Positions 28,275 through 37,820 of a stretch of 64,000 bases of DNA are shown here, in pieces. Location: IMG/VR virus record IMGVR_UViG_3300006750_000004, positions 31,726 to 95,725 of that record, one strand, 5' to 3'. This DNA comes from a virus. The first letter of the stretch is position 1; the number at the start of each line of letters is the position of its first letter. Below the pieces are notes generated by a model. That model searched no databases. It was not told the DNA's origin and saw nothing but the letters and a program-made list of their open reading frames with translations. The translations under genes were made by a program, and so were the position numbers.

Positions 28275-29693
28275 ATGGCATCACTTATTGTCTATCTTGC
28301 GGATACCAAGTATATTGGTCGTACGTTGGCTGAAATAGCTGACAAAACACCACCGTACTTGCTTGAAGACTTAATCATCTGCAATGACACCGGACAAGAA
28401 TACGAAAATGATCGTGCTCTAGTGATCAATTCAGATAGGATTGGTCGATCTAAATGCTGGAACGAGGCTGCCAAACAAGCTACGTCTGACGAATTGGTGT
28501 TCCTACGTGATACTACCAAACTGAGTAAGGACTGGTTGCAACCACTTATTTCGAGGGTGAAAGGATCTAACTCCTTGGTGAGTCCTAGAATTCACACTTT
28601 AAATACTGATTTCTGGAGTACCGAGAATGAGTCGTGGCGGCGATTTGGGTGGAGATGGGATCTGTCTTTATATAGTCGCCAAATGCTTCGGAATTCTGAA
28701 TCTCCGGCGGTATCTTCTAATTGTATTGCTGTGACAGCTGATTGGTTTGAGCATCTTGGTGGGTTTGATGAGGGGATGGTTGCTGGGGTTGGTGAGGATA
28801 TTGAGCTGTCGATTCGGTCTTGGTTATTCGATGGGAAGGTCGAGGTTGAGGATGATAGTTTGATTGCGGTTCGGTCTGAGATAGACAATAGTCGGCATAC
28901 GATTAACAATTTGGCGAGGATTGTTGAGATTTGGATGCCAAAATATTCCAGCCGGTTTTATTCTGCCAGGGATGTGAAGCCGAGTGAATTGGATACAGGT
29001 AAGTTGTCTAATCTGATGATGCTTCAAGATAGACAAATCCACAAGATTTCATGGTTTCTTGAGCGTTGTCAGCCAGAGCTTGGTGATGTATATGACTTGA
29101 GGGGGACGGCGTCTGGCAAGTCTGTGGCGGTTATTGGTCCTGGTGCTTCGGTGGATTTGATTGATCCGTCATTGATTTATCGTCATGATTTAATTATCTC
29201 TGTAGATTATATGGGGATGGCGTTTGAGTCTGATTATGTGGTTACGGATTTGTCGCATGTGGCGGTTGAGTTGAGGTCGCGGTATCGGGACAGGCAGTTT
29301 GTGTTGCCATTGGCTTTGGCGGATCGGACTTCGGCGGAGTTTATTGCTGCTGGTGAGGTGGTGGTTGATTGCTATCAGTTTGAGTTGTCTGGTTTGCGTG
29401 GTAGAGTGATTTCTGATTCTCCTCCATTTTGCAATTTTGAGCAGTCGTTGCATTCGGCCGTGAATTTTGCTTTGTTTTTGAACCCTAGGACAATTTCATT
29501 ATTCGGGTGTGATAATAAAATTGTGGGGGATAGGAGTCATTCGGCGAAGATAGAATATTATGATGATGGTAGGTTGTGGCCGGATTCTGATGCTACTCGG
29601 CGGAAGTTTGCGTATTCCGAGTTTGGTATCGGCCAGCTTGGGAACCTTGCTTATTCTTTGGGTATTCCACTAATCCGGATGAATCATACATAA
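28275..29693 (+). CDS. Two-domain glycosyltransferase: GT-A (ppGalNAc-T/GT2-like) plus DUF115/Maf-like domain
   Basis: WLQPL...VSPRI, FEHLGGFDEGM..GEDIELSIRSWL; C-term VAVIGPGAS...SAVNFALFL...ISLFGCD. Confidence 0.7.
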   Translation: MASLIVYLADTKYIGRTLAEIADKTPPYLLEDLIICNDTGQEYENDRALVINSDRIGRSKCWNEAAKQATSDELVFLRDTTKLSKDWLQPLISRVKGSNSLVSPRIHTLNTDFWSTENESWRRFGWRWDLSLYSRQMLRNSESPAVSSNCIAVTADWFEHLGGFDEGMVAGVGEDIELSIRSWLFDGKVEVEDDSLIAVRSEIDNSRHTINNLARIVEIWMPKYSSRFYSARDVKPSELDTGKLSNLMMLQDRQIHKISWFLERCQPELGDVYDLRGTASGKSVAVIGPGASVDLIDPSLIYRHDLIISVDYMGMAFESDYVVTDLSHVAVELRSRYRDRQFVLPLALADRTSAEFIAAGEVVVDCYQFELSGLRGRVISDSPPFCNFEQSLHSAVNFALFLNPRTISLFGCDNKIVGDRSHSAKIEYYDDGRLWPDSDATRRKFAYSEFGIGQLGNLAYSLGIPLIRMNHT

Positions 29694-29695
29694 CC

Positions 29696-30019
29696 ATGGT
29701 AGATATTGTAGTTTCAATCTTTTTGATGGGGACCTTGGTGTGTGAGATCGCTGTTGTGGTTTTGGCTTACCGGGTCGTGTCTAAGATTGGAAGTATTCCC
29801 GCCAGTACTTTGAGAGACATAGCAAATGCCTGGAGCGAACGACGAGTTGCTCCGGTCGATGAAGCATCAACTGGATATAACGAGAGCGAAAGCAGACAGC
29901 GAGCAGCCACAAAAGTCGAAGAAATCCCGCCAGAAATCTTCGCACCAAGTCTCAAAAAACCGCCAAGGCCCGAAGGTGGTTTCGGCTCTCGTGTCAGTAA
30001 AGATGATGGCGATCCATAA
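29696..30019 (+). CDS. single-pass membrane protein
   Basis: Hydrophobic N-terminus IVVSIFLMGTLVCEIAVVVLAY. Confidence 0.55.
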   Translation: MVDIVVSIFLMGTLVCEIAVVVLAYRVVSKIGSIPASTLRDIANAWSERRVAPVDEASTGYNESESRQRAATKVEEIPPEIFAPSLKKPPRPEGGFGSRVSKDDGDP

Positions 30020-30067
30020 TTTTTCCAAAAAGATAAGAGTCCAAACCCAAGAAGTAAAGGTAGTACA

Positions 30068-30319
30068 ATGCGAGACGAAACCGTTAGCCGAGATGCCGCA
30101 GCTAAAAGCGAGTGCTGTGGTGGAGCCGAGAGTCAAGAAACTCCCCGAGAGGAAGAAGGCTGTTGCGGCAGAAAAGCTTCCAACCAAGAAGCCGATTCTG
30201 GGTGTTGTGGAGATGACCCCACTCCTACCAAGCTCCAATCCAAAACTTCCACAGACACCACTCCCACCAAGCTCCAATCCAAAACTTCCACAGACACCAA
30301 GTCCAAGCCCGGTGGCTGA
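30068..30319 (+). CDS. small protein with three CCG motifs (metal-binding candidate)
   Basis: ECCGG, GCCGR and GCCGD in one frame; AAGG upstream; 39-nt tandem repeat at 30219-30299. Confidence 0.5.
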   Translation: MRDETVSRDAAAKSECCGGAESQETPREEEGCCGRKASNQEADSGCCGDDPTPTKLQSKTSTDTTPTKLQSKTSTDTKSKPGG

Positions 30320-30407
30320 CGCCCTTTCAAGCGATAGCCGAGTTTCGGCTAATCCGAACTATCAAGTATACAGGCTCGGTGATGTCTTCACCGGTAGGAG
30401 AATATTG

Positions 30408-31532
30408 ATGAAACAATTAGGGATTGATATCGGGACCAAAACTGTTGTCGTTGCCTATCGAGGTGATGACGGGGAAATTGGATATATCTCCGAAATCAAT
30501 GGATGGTGGCCATTCGAGCGAGCCACAAAGTTCATTGAGAAACTTCTGGCCGATCCGACTAAAGTCCGATCTGATGGTACGCAACGACCAGCTCGTTGGA
30601 TTAAGATGCCAGAAACCAATCAAATCGTCGTATTAGGTAAAGACGCGGAAGAATTTGCGTATGCTAAGAACGACACCCTACGCCGCCCTATGGCCGAGGG
30701 CGGTATCTCTGCAGACGAAGAGGCGATGATTATTCTTGCTAGTATCGTCCAAGGTCTTATGGAAATGGCGGAGACTGAGTTAGGTGAATTTGGTGATTCA
30801 GTAAAGATTACTTATTGCACCACTGCCCCAGCCATCAATAAGAGATCCTCTAATGTAGAGTATCACGAGAGAGTCGTGAACTTGATCATCGAAGGATATG
30901 AAACCAAGGCCAAAGTTGAGCTGGTTGGTCCATACGACGATCATCAAGGTGCTATAAAAGAATCGCACGCTATCGTCCTGGATATGGACGATCAACACGG
31001 CAATGAAGGTACTGGCATTGGCATCTCGTGGGGGGCTGGTACCGTCACAGTCAGTTACGTGAAATGGGGAGAGGAAATCTATTCGTTCTGTTGGGTTGGT
31101 GCTGGTGACTGGATTGATAATGAAGTGGCTAAACGGCATGGGTACGAGCCTGATGTTATGAGTATAATGAAAAAGGCTAAGGAAACACCTACTACCGTTG
31201 CCAAGCGGAAAGAGACAGTTGACCTAACCCCAGGAATAGAACCAGAAGATCGCGTTGGCCTAGATATTGTGCTACATTATGACGTGCTCATCGCCAAAGT
31301 CATTGAAGGTGTGGTAGCCGGATTTGTAGAGAATGAAGACAGAGCCCGTATTGATGGTGCTGTCAATATTTATATGGCTGGTGGTACTAGCTCCCCACAA
31401 GGATTCGTGGAACGTGTGGCTGCCAAGTTTGACGAGAAAGATCTACCGTTCGAAATCGGTCAGATTTTCAAATCTGATAAGCCTCTCTATTGTGTGGCTA
31501 CTGGTTGTCTCAAGGCAGCTGAAATGTTCTAA
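30408..31532 (+). CDS. Actin-like ATPase (MreB/MamK/ParM superfamily)
   Basis: Phosphate-1 LGIDIGT, RRPM..G, phosphate-2 GISWGAGT, adenosine AGGTS, VATG; AGGAG RBS before ATG 30408. Confidence 0.85.
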   Translation: MKQLGIDIGTKTVVVAYRGDDGEIGYISEINGWWPFERATKFIEKLLADPTKVRSDGTQRPARWIKMPETNQIVVLGKDAEEFAYAKNDTLRRPMAEGGISADEEAMIILASIVQGLMEMAETELGEFGDSVKITYCTTAPAINKRSSNVEYHERVVNLIIEGYETKAKVELVGPYDDHQGAIKESHAIVLDMDDQHGNEGTGIGISWGAGTVTVSYVKWGEEIYSFCWVGAGDWIDNEVAKRHGYEPDVMSIMKKAKETPTTVAKRKETVDLTPGIEPEDRVGLDIVLHYDVLIAKVIEGVVAGFVENEDRARIDGAVNIYMAGGTSSPQGFVERVAAKFDEKDLPFEIGQIFKSDKPLYCVATGCLKAAEMF

Positions 31533-31556
31533 ATCGATAGGATTCTGTAGGACTTA

Positions 31557-32753
31557 ATGTTTACAGATGAAGGCGAACCTCTCTGTACCGCCCCTTTCAC
31601 CAGCTTCCTTGTAGACGTCAACAAAGGTGTGAGGCCATGCTGTGTCTGGGAAGGACCATATCTAGGAAATCTCAAAGACTCCGGTATTCGTGATATAATT
31701 AACGGAGCCGAATGGGTCAAACTCCGGCGACAAATGATGATGGGTCTCTGGCCCGACAGTTGCTTAGAATGTCGTCATCGTGAAGAAAAGACCGGATGGA
31801 GCGTCAGGAAAGAATTCCTAAAAGGAGGAATTTTCCATAGCGACAATTGGAAAGAGATAACCTATATAGAATTCAGTGATTCTAATGTCTGCAATCTCGC
31901 TTGTATGCATTGTTCCGCCGGATTCAGCAATAGCTGGATACAACAAGAGAAAATTTTCCAAGACATATTACCCGATCGACAAAGCCCAGAAGACAACACT
32001 AGATATAGAACCCATGAAGTCCATGCACCAGATGAATCAGTAATAAACGATATTGTGTCCAAAGTAGAGCTTGGTTATCTTGAACAAATCATGATCAAGG
32101 GCGGTGAGCCGATGCTCAACAGTGATGTGGCATTACTTCTAGAGCAATTGGACGCGGCCGGTATCCTAGCACTGATTAAGGTCAACATGGTTACCAATGG
32201 GACACGCCCACATTCAACTCTCACCGACAGAATTTATAACTTGTTAACTAAAGCTCGCGAAGTGCACTTCGACGTGAGTGTTGATGGGGTTGGCGACGTC
32301 CAGGAGTATATTCGGCATGGTAAAGGATCAGATATTGCCACCATCGAATCGTTTATCCGGCGATTTTCTATGATCCCACAGGCCAGGTTCTCACTGTTGA
32401 CGTCTATTATGGCTTATAATATCTTCAATCTGCCCGCTATTGTTGATTGGTGGTCAACATTACCGTTTCAGAAATCATTACATCATCATGGACAATTTAG
32501 GCTTATGGTGGTGAACCCTGCATACCTATCTGTCCAATGTCTTGCAGACAAGACTAGAGCTGAATTGGTGGAGAGATATGAACCTTTTAGTGACACTTAT
32601 AAAAGTGTCGTGCAGAGTCTGAAGGGTGACTGCTTGGGTGAGGGACCTCGAGAGAAGCTCAGGAAGTTCACCAGCATGTTGGACGAGCATCGTGGTACCA
32701 ACCTAGAAGCTGTGGTACCGGAGCTAGCGGAAGATCTTAAATTACGTCCTTAA
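31557..32753 (+). CDS. Radical SAM protein with N-terminal SPASM/twitch-like domain
   Basis: CTAPF...PCC...CLEC followed by CNLACMHC, KGGEP, VTNGT, SVDG. Confidence 0.85.
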   Translation: MFTDEGEPLCTAPFTSFLVDVNKGVRPCCVWEGPYLGNLKDSGIRDIINGAEWVKLRRQMMMGLWPDSCLECRHREEKTGWSVRKEFLKGGIFHSDNWKEITYIEFSDSNVCNLACMHCSAGFSNSWIQQEKIFQDILPDRQSPEDNTRYRTHEVHAPDESVINDIVSKVELGYLEQIMIKGGEPMLNSDVALLLEQLDAAGILALIKVNMVTNGTRPHSTLTDRIYNLLTKAREVHFDVSVDGVGDVQEYIRHGKGSDIATIESFIRRFSMIPQARFSLLTSIMAYNIFNLPAIVDWWSTLPFQKSLHHHGQFRLMVVNPAYLSVQCLADKTRAELVERYEPFSDTYKSVVQSLKGDCLGEGPREKLRKFTSMLDEHRGTNLEAVVPELAEDLKLRP

Positions 32754-33834
32754 AGACGTAATCTTTGACGATATTGGCGAATCTACCGGCTAGTGTTCTA
32801 TCATCGATCTTTCTGATCATTTTATATGCTTTAACCCTGTAATCGTGGTATGAATCCCAGTTGCTTAGAATTTGATCAATGACTTCTGATAGGTCTGAGA
32901 AGTCAACTCTGCATGGGATGTGTGGGATGTTTGGCCATGTTTCGACGAAGCTGGTGTCTGGTTTAACGACGATACAACCGCACAGTACTGCTTCGATATC
33001 TCGATAGGTTACTGGTTCCCATCCCCATGGTGATACTACTATTTTAGCTTCTTGCATGCTTTGCAGATATTCGAGTCGACATATTCTTTTGTTAGTTACT
33101 AGCTTTTTGCATGTGAGTTTATCCATAGCTTCTATTGCGTGCTGGCGGTGTTTGGTTAGAACTGTGCATGCGTCAGAGTAATTGCTCCCAGCATGTGGGA
33201 TAGATCCAAGATCGAAATGCAGATTCCCCATGAAGTGGACATCATGTTTTCGTGGGTTATCAAACGCTGTTTTTTCGAATTGGTAGGCAGAGAACGCTAT
33301 TTCTGGTCCACCTCTAGATGGTTTAAATAAAGCCCAGGCGATCCAGTTCCACATGACCCGAATATTCGGTAGGAGGTCTGTTTTTATCGGTTCTCCGCAA
33401 CATCCAAGTTTCGCCTCTGATTGGAGTTGCTCATCTGCTTGTATGATTCGGTGTTGGTGTGTTGAGTAGTTGTAGTGTTTGCTATTATACTCGGAGCGGT
33501 CTGAGAGGGCCATCATCTTAACGACGGCTCTAATATTGACGTGACTCAATTCTTGGCGTATGTCGTTATAGATATCTGGGCTGGTACGGTAATCTTCAAG
33601 GATGATTGGCTTGTTACTTTCGATTAACTCTTCGGTGAGTTTGTCTTGGGTAACCCAGATGAGATCTGGTTCAGCCCACGCTTTATTCCAGCCGGTTAAT
33701 TTGATGTCGTTGACGCCGAAAGAGTCAGAGACTCTCAGCAGCGACATGGTTTGTCGGTTGTAAAACAGAGCTGGACAACCATCATAATAAATGTGGATCA
33801 AATGACGTCCGCCTCTTCTTTCAAGGAAATGCAT
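32737..33834 (-). CDS. GT-B-like glycosyltransferase
   Basis: YLQSMQEAKIVVSPWG...YRDIEAVLCGCIVVKP. Confidence 0.7.
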   Translation of the reverse strand: MHFLERRGGRHLIHIYYDGCPALFYNRQTMSLLRVSDSFGVNDIKLTGWNKAWAEPDLIWVTQDKLTEELIESNKPIILEDYRTSPDIYNDIRQELSHVNIRAVVKMMALSDRSEYNSKHYNYSTHQHRIIQADEQLQSEAKLGCCGEPIKTDLLPNIRVMWNWIAWALFKPSRGGPEIAFSAYQFEKTAFDNPRKHDVHFMGNLHFDLGSIPHAGSNYSDACTVLTKHRQHAIEAMDKLTCKKLVTNKRICRLEYLQSMQEAKIVVSPWGWEPVTYRDIEAVLCGCIVVKPDTSFVETWPNIPHIPCRVDFSDLSEVIDQILSNWDSYHDYRVKAYKMIRKIDDRTLAGRFANIVKDYVFKDVI

Positions 33835-34715
33835 GATTTCAACCCGCGTCTGGTCAGGTTGACACGGATATCCATTAATTTCTTATCATATTCTTGCATG
33901 TGACCTTGTAGCAGGTAATCTTCACCACTTTCTATCTTGTTGATAGTAACTGGGGAGAAATGGATGAACACAATTGGTTGTCCATTGATAAGGATTTGAT
34001 GGTTACTGCTCTCCCGCTTCAGGTAGTGAATGTTCCAACCAGCCACGTTACACCCACTGTGTCGGATGATACTGACTCCGTCGAAATATAAGGGCACCAC
34101 ATCAAGATATTTCTGGTCGACGTAAGTGCCATTGCTGCTCTCAGCTGAGCATTCGATAGCACACATTTCGGTCCACCATTGTAGGAAATCATCTGCGTCT
34201 CTGGTGGCGAAGAAACCTCCGTTATAGAGGCCGTGCATGAAGTTGTATTTGTAATCGGTGTTGGCGACTGGGGATATCTCACGCCAATGGGGTGAGATGA
34301 CGATTCGGTTATCATCTAACATATCTGTCAGAAATTTATAGTCGTTGTAGAAATAGAGATCACAATCACAATAAATGACCCTTTCATATTCTTTATGCAG
34401 CATTTGGATGAATGATGGCTTTAAGGCCCACCGGAGGTAATCATAAAATGAGATGATGCCTTTTAGTGGGAGTTGGATTTGCCCATCAGATTCGTGACCA
34501 ACGTACTTGGTCAGGATGATTTTGTTGATTGGTTCTGTGAGCAATTCTTGTTGGGTGTGAATAATTAATCCAGGATGGTCTAATTTTTGTGGTTGCATGG
34601 TCAAATCGACAATATAGATGTGCAATTCTGTTTCGCCGAATTGTTGTAATGAAGTCAGGAGGGCGAGAGCCTTATCTAGATGGTCCATTGTGATGATGGT
34701 GGCGAAATGGTTCAT
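33798..34715 (-). CDS. GT-A glycosyltransferase (GT8-like)
   Basis: ALKP, VIYCDCDLYFY, SPH, GLYNGGF, DQKYLD, CNVAGWN, FIHFS. Confidence 0.8.
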   Translation of the reverse strand: MNHFATIITMDHLDKALALLTSLQQFGETELHIYIVDLTMQPQKLDHPGLIIHTQQELLTEPINKIILTKYVGHESDGQIQLPLKGIISFYDYLRWALKPSFIQMLHKEYERVIYCDCDLYFYNDYKFLTDMLDDNRIVISPHWREISPVANTDYKYNFMHGLYNGGFFATRDADDFLQWWTEMCAIECSAESSNGTYVDQKYLDVVPLYFDGVSIIRHSGCNVAGWNIHYLKRESSNHQILINGQPIVFIHFSPVTINKIESGEDYLLQGHMQEYDKKLMDIRVNLTRRGLKSCISLKEEADVI

Positions 34716-35686
34716 ATATTGATTACTCTTTCTGTTTTAGCGTGGAATGGTAGCTTGGTCGGGTTGGTGTAAATGTAGTCTCTGAATACTGGTCCAACAA
34801 ACATGGTGTGATCAAACAGGGCTTTTTGCTCATCGTGAACCGCAGCAACATCGCTATCAAGATGTCGTGCAAATTTTGGCCAGTCATACTGCGGGAAGTC
34901 CATGGCGTTGGGTGTATACTTCAGGCATACGTAATCGCCGGTGGATGTTTTAGCGATTTTGTTCAGGAACCTTAAGAATGTTATTGAGGTTTTGTCTTTA
35001 TGTTGGTGTATGAATTCCTGGAGGTTGTTGGCTCTTCTTTCTGCTAGATAGCCTCTCTCATGGATCTTGATTGATCTGTTGGTGTTGTGGAGTCTGGCTT
35101 CGTAGGGGGTGTGGTTTTTGGCATAGCGGAATCCGTATTCAACTACTTTCCTCCAGAATAACCAGTCCTCGTGATAGTCCTTATTGTCGGGGTGGTCTTT
35201 GAATGGTTCGCTGAGTTCGATGGCTATGCGGGAGACCACACACCCAACATGCAGGAAGTTGGTTTGCCATAATCTTTTTGGTTGGATGTCGTTTGGAAAT
35301 TTAACTAGGGTGGAGGCATGCCCGAAGTACTGGAGGTCGGAGAAGGCGATGTCTACGCCGTGTTGGGTGATGGTAGATGTGGCGTCGGCTAAGTAGTTTG
35401 GTGGCAACCTGTCGTCGGCGTCTAGGAAGCACACTAATTCTGAATTGGTTGCTTTAAACCCAGCCTCTCTAGCATAGAGAGGGTTTTTGAATTCAGTACG
35501 AAGATATCTGTAGCCAAATTGTTTGACGAGGTCTTCGCATCTTTTGCAAGACCCATCATCTACGACGATGACGTCCTTTGGTTTGAGGATTTGGGCTTGG
35601 ATGCTAGATAAGGCATTGGGCAAATAATGTAAATAATTGTGGTTCGTCACAATAACTGCGACAGTTTTTCGGTCTTGTAGAAACAT
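34712..35686 (-). CDS. GT2 glycosyltransferase
   Basis: VAVIVTNHNY...VVDDGS...FLDADD...EDW. Confidence 0.85.
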   Translation of the reverse strand: MFLQDRKTVAVIVTNHNYLHYLPNALSSIQAQILKPKDVIVVDDGSCKRCEDLVKQFGYRYLRTEFKNPLYAREAGFKATNSELVCFLDADDRLPPNYLADATSTITQHGVDIAFSDLQYFGHASTLVKFPNDIQPKRLWQTNFLHVGCVVSRIAIELSEPFKDHPDNKDYHEDWLFWRKVVEYGFRYAKNHTPYEARLHNTNRSIKIHERGYLAERRANNLQEFIHQHKDKTSITFLRFLNKIAKTSTGDYVCLKYTPNAMDFPQYDWPKFARHLDSDVAAVHDEQKALFDHTMFVGPVFRDYIYTNPTKLPFHAKTERVINI

Positions 35687-36365
35687 GATTACCATCAAGT
35701 ATGCTAGTGGTGAAACTGTTGCTTTTCAGCTAGAGGGCGATATTTGGTACCTGCGTATTGGGCCTGGTATTCCGTGTCTTTTTGATGAGCGGCTTCGTAA
35801 GCAGGTGGTTCCAAATTTAGATAGCTGGTTTCAATCTAAGACTGGACAACGTTATTCATATCGTACTGTGTGTGATATGGCCGTAGCATTTGCCACTGGC
35901 CTGAATTGCTCTTATCGTGCGGAGGATGTTGTCCGTGTTTGTACCCAAGCGTCTCGTTCTACTGTTGCTCAGGTATTCAGAACAGAATTAGTAAATGATT
36001 ATCGTCGGGCTTACTGGATTGAAATTTTAGATCCCTTGCGACTACCGGAACAAGCACAATCTATTAGGGAGAAGTTCGACTTTCTGCGTAAGAAATTGGG
36101 GGACGATGTCTTTTATAATTACCTGTGTCGTTTATGGAGAGCATGTAGTCTTCAAAATCCGAATGAGACAGCTGTATTTGAACGACTCATTCAACGACTC
36201 GGGCGACAGGCAGCGGACCCGAAGTACCCAGACACAGAAGAATTGGACAAGAAACTTTGTGAGCGTGTGGTCGGTGGGATATTGAGAAGAGACCTACCAC
36301 AATACCGCAATATTCCAGATGATATAATGAGGAACGTTGATGGTATTCAAGCCGGAAGAATATAA
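35685..36365 (+). CDS. hypothetical protein
   Basis: 226-aa ORF upstream of dnaE part 1. Confidence 0.6.
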   Translation: MITIKYASGETVAFQLEGDIWYLRIGPGIPCLFDERLRKQVVPNLDSWFQSKTGQRYSYRTVCDMAVAFATGLNCSYRAEDVVRVCTQASRSTVAQVFRTELVNDYRRAYWIEILDPLRLPEQAQSIREKFDFLRKKLGDDVFYNYLCRLWRACSLQNPNETAVFERLIQRLGRQAADPKYPDTEELDKKLCERVVGGILRRDLPQYRNIPDDIMRNVDGIQAGRI

Positions 36366-37767
36366 AGGACCGAAGGAATTCGTCCACCTACATAATCATA
36401 CTGTATTTTCCGCTCTAGATGGAGTGGCTACACCGGAGCAGTATGCTGAGCAGTGTGTAGAACGCGGTTATCCGGCGATGAGTGCTACTGAGCATGGACA
36501 TATGGCATCAGTGCCCGATATGTATCTAGCATTCAAGAAAGCAGGGGTGAAGTATATTCCAGGGTGCGAGATATACTTCAACGATTTTGAACCTGCTAGA
36601 CAAGACTTAGTGGCTAAAGGTATCAAAATCCGGTCACAGGATTGGCGTAAACAAAATCCGGAGATGGCCGCAAGATTATTTCGTAATCGTCATCTCACTG
36701 TTCTTTGCAAGAATAAGACCGGATTCCACAACCTAGTTAAATTGACGACTCAAGCATATGAGACTGGCTTATATGGCATGGGTCGAATGCAATTCAACAG
36801 GGTCTGGTTTGATAAGCTTTGCGAATACAAAGAAGGGCTTATAATCTTATCTGGGTGTCTCAATGGTCCGGTGTGTCATGAACTCCGATACAAAGAATTA
36901 ACTGATCGTGAAGGCAATGTGATTAGTGAGAGACCAAACGCAGACCGAATACGCGACGCTGTGGATTGGGTGAAGAGATTCAAGGCGGAGTTTGGAGAAG
37001 ATTATTATATAGAACTTCAGATGCCAGGTATCCCTGAGGATGATAAAATCTTTAGACTCATGATATCGATTGCTGATCAATACAAAATACCGCTCGCACT
37101 GGCTAATGATTGTCACTATCTTCGTCGTAAAGACTTTATGCTACAGAAGATTATGATGGCTGTGGCTCAGGATACGACGGTGGATTCGCCAGATTTGTTT
37201 CATGTCAATAGTGACGAACAATTTATGAAAACTAGGGCTGAATTGTGGACGCAATTTAAGAATGGCGGTTACGACAAGGGATTGGATGATGGGGTGTTTG
37301 AGGCGATGTGTGATAATACTTTGATGATAGCTGATAAATGTGAGGCGTTTGCTGTCGACACTTCCCCAAAAATCCCGGAAATCCACAATGCTGATGATCA
37401 GTTGAGAAGGTTGGTGGCTGAGAGGTTACAGAGCAGTGGCTTGGTAAAGGAGGATAAGAAGTTCGTGATCGATGGTAAGGAGGTCACTTACGTTCAGCAG
37501 GCCAAGATTGAACTTAATCGATTTATTGACAAAGGGTTTTCCAGTTACTTTATTATCACTAAGGATTTGGTGGGATATGGTAAGTCACGGGGGTGGCCGT
37601 TTAGTCCTCGTGGTAGTGCTGGTGGTTCTTTGGTGTGTTTCCTTTTAGGTATTCATACTTTGGACCCAATGCTGTGGGAATTGTCGTTTGATCGTTTTCT
37701 GTCTCCGAGTCGTGGTGGGTATATGTTGAATGTGAAGATGCCGGAGCCGATTGACCGAAGCACGTGA
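36340..37767 (+). CDS. dnaE: DNA polymerase III alpha (DnaE), part 1: PHP domain plus start of the palm
   Basis: HLHNHTVFSALDG, TEHG, GCEIY, HLTVL, SGCLNG, NDCHY, RGSAGGSLVCFLLGI..DP, FDRFL; ends before PDID. Confidence 0.92.
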   Translation: MVFKPEEYKGPKEFVHLHNHTVFSALDGVATPEQYAEQCVERGYPAMSATEHGHMASVPDMYLAFKKAGVKYIPGCEIYFNDFEPARQDLVAKGIKIRSQDWRKQNPEMAARLFRNRHLTVLCKNKTGFHNLVKLTTQAYETGLYGMGRMQFNRVWFDKLCEYKEGLIILSGCLNGPVCHELRYKELTDREGNVISERPNADRIRDAVDWVKRFKAEFGEDYYIELQMPGIPEDDKIFRLMISIADQYKIPLALANDCHYLRRKDFMLQKIMMAVAQDTTVDSPDLFHVNSDEQFMKTRAELWTQFKNGGYDKGLDDGVFEAMCDNTLMIADKCEAFAVDTSPKIPEIHNADDQLRRLVAERLQSSGLVKEDKKFVIDGKEVTYVQQAKIELNRFIDKGFSSYFIITKDLVGYGKSRGWPFSPRGSAGGSLVCFLLGIHTLDPMLWELSFDRFLSPSRGGYMLNVKMPEPIDRST

Positions 37768-37820
37768 AGCAACTTGCACTTGGCCAGATGGGCAAATCTG
37801 TCAAGTTATTTGGTTAACAA

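Noticed and set aside
29826-30407. 194-aa N-terminal extension on the actin-like protein
   Set aside because: A strong RBS and ATG sit at 30408, directly before the phosphate-1 motif, and the upstream part overlaps two better ORFs.
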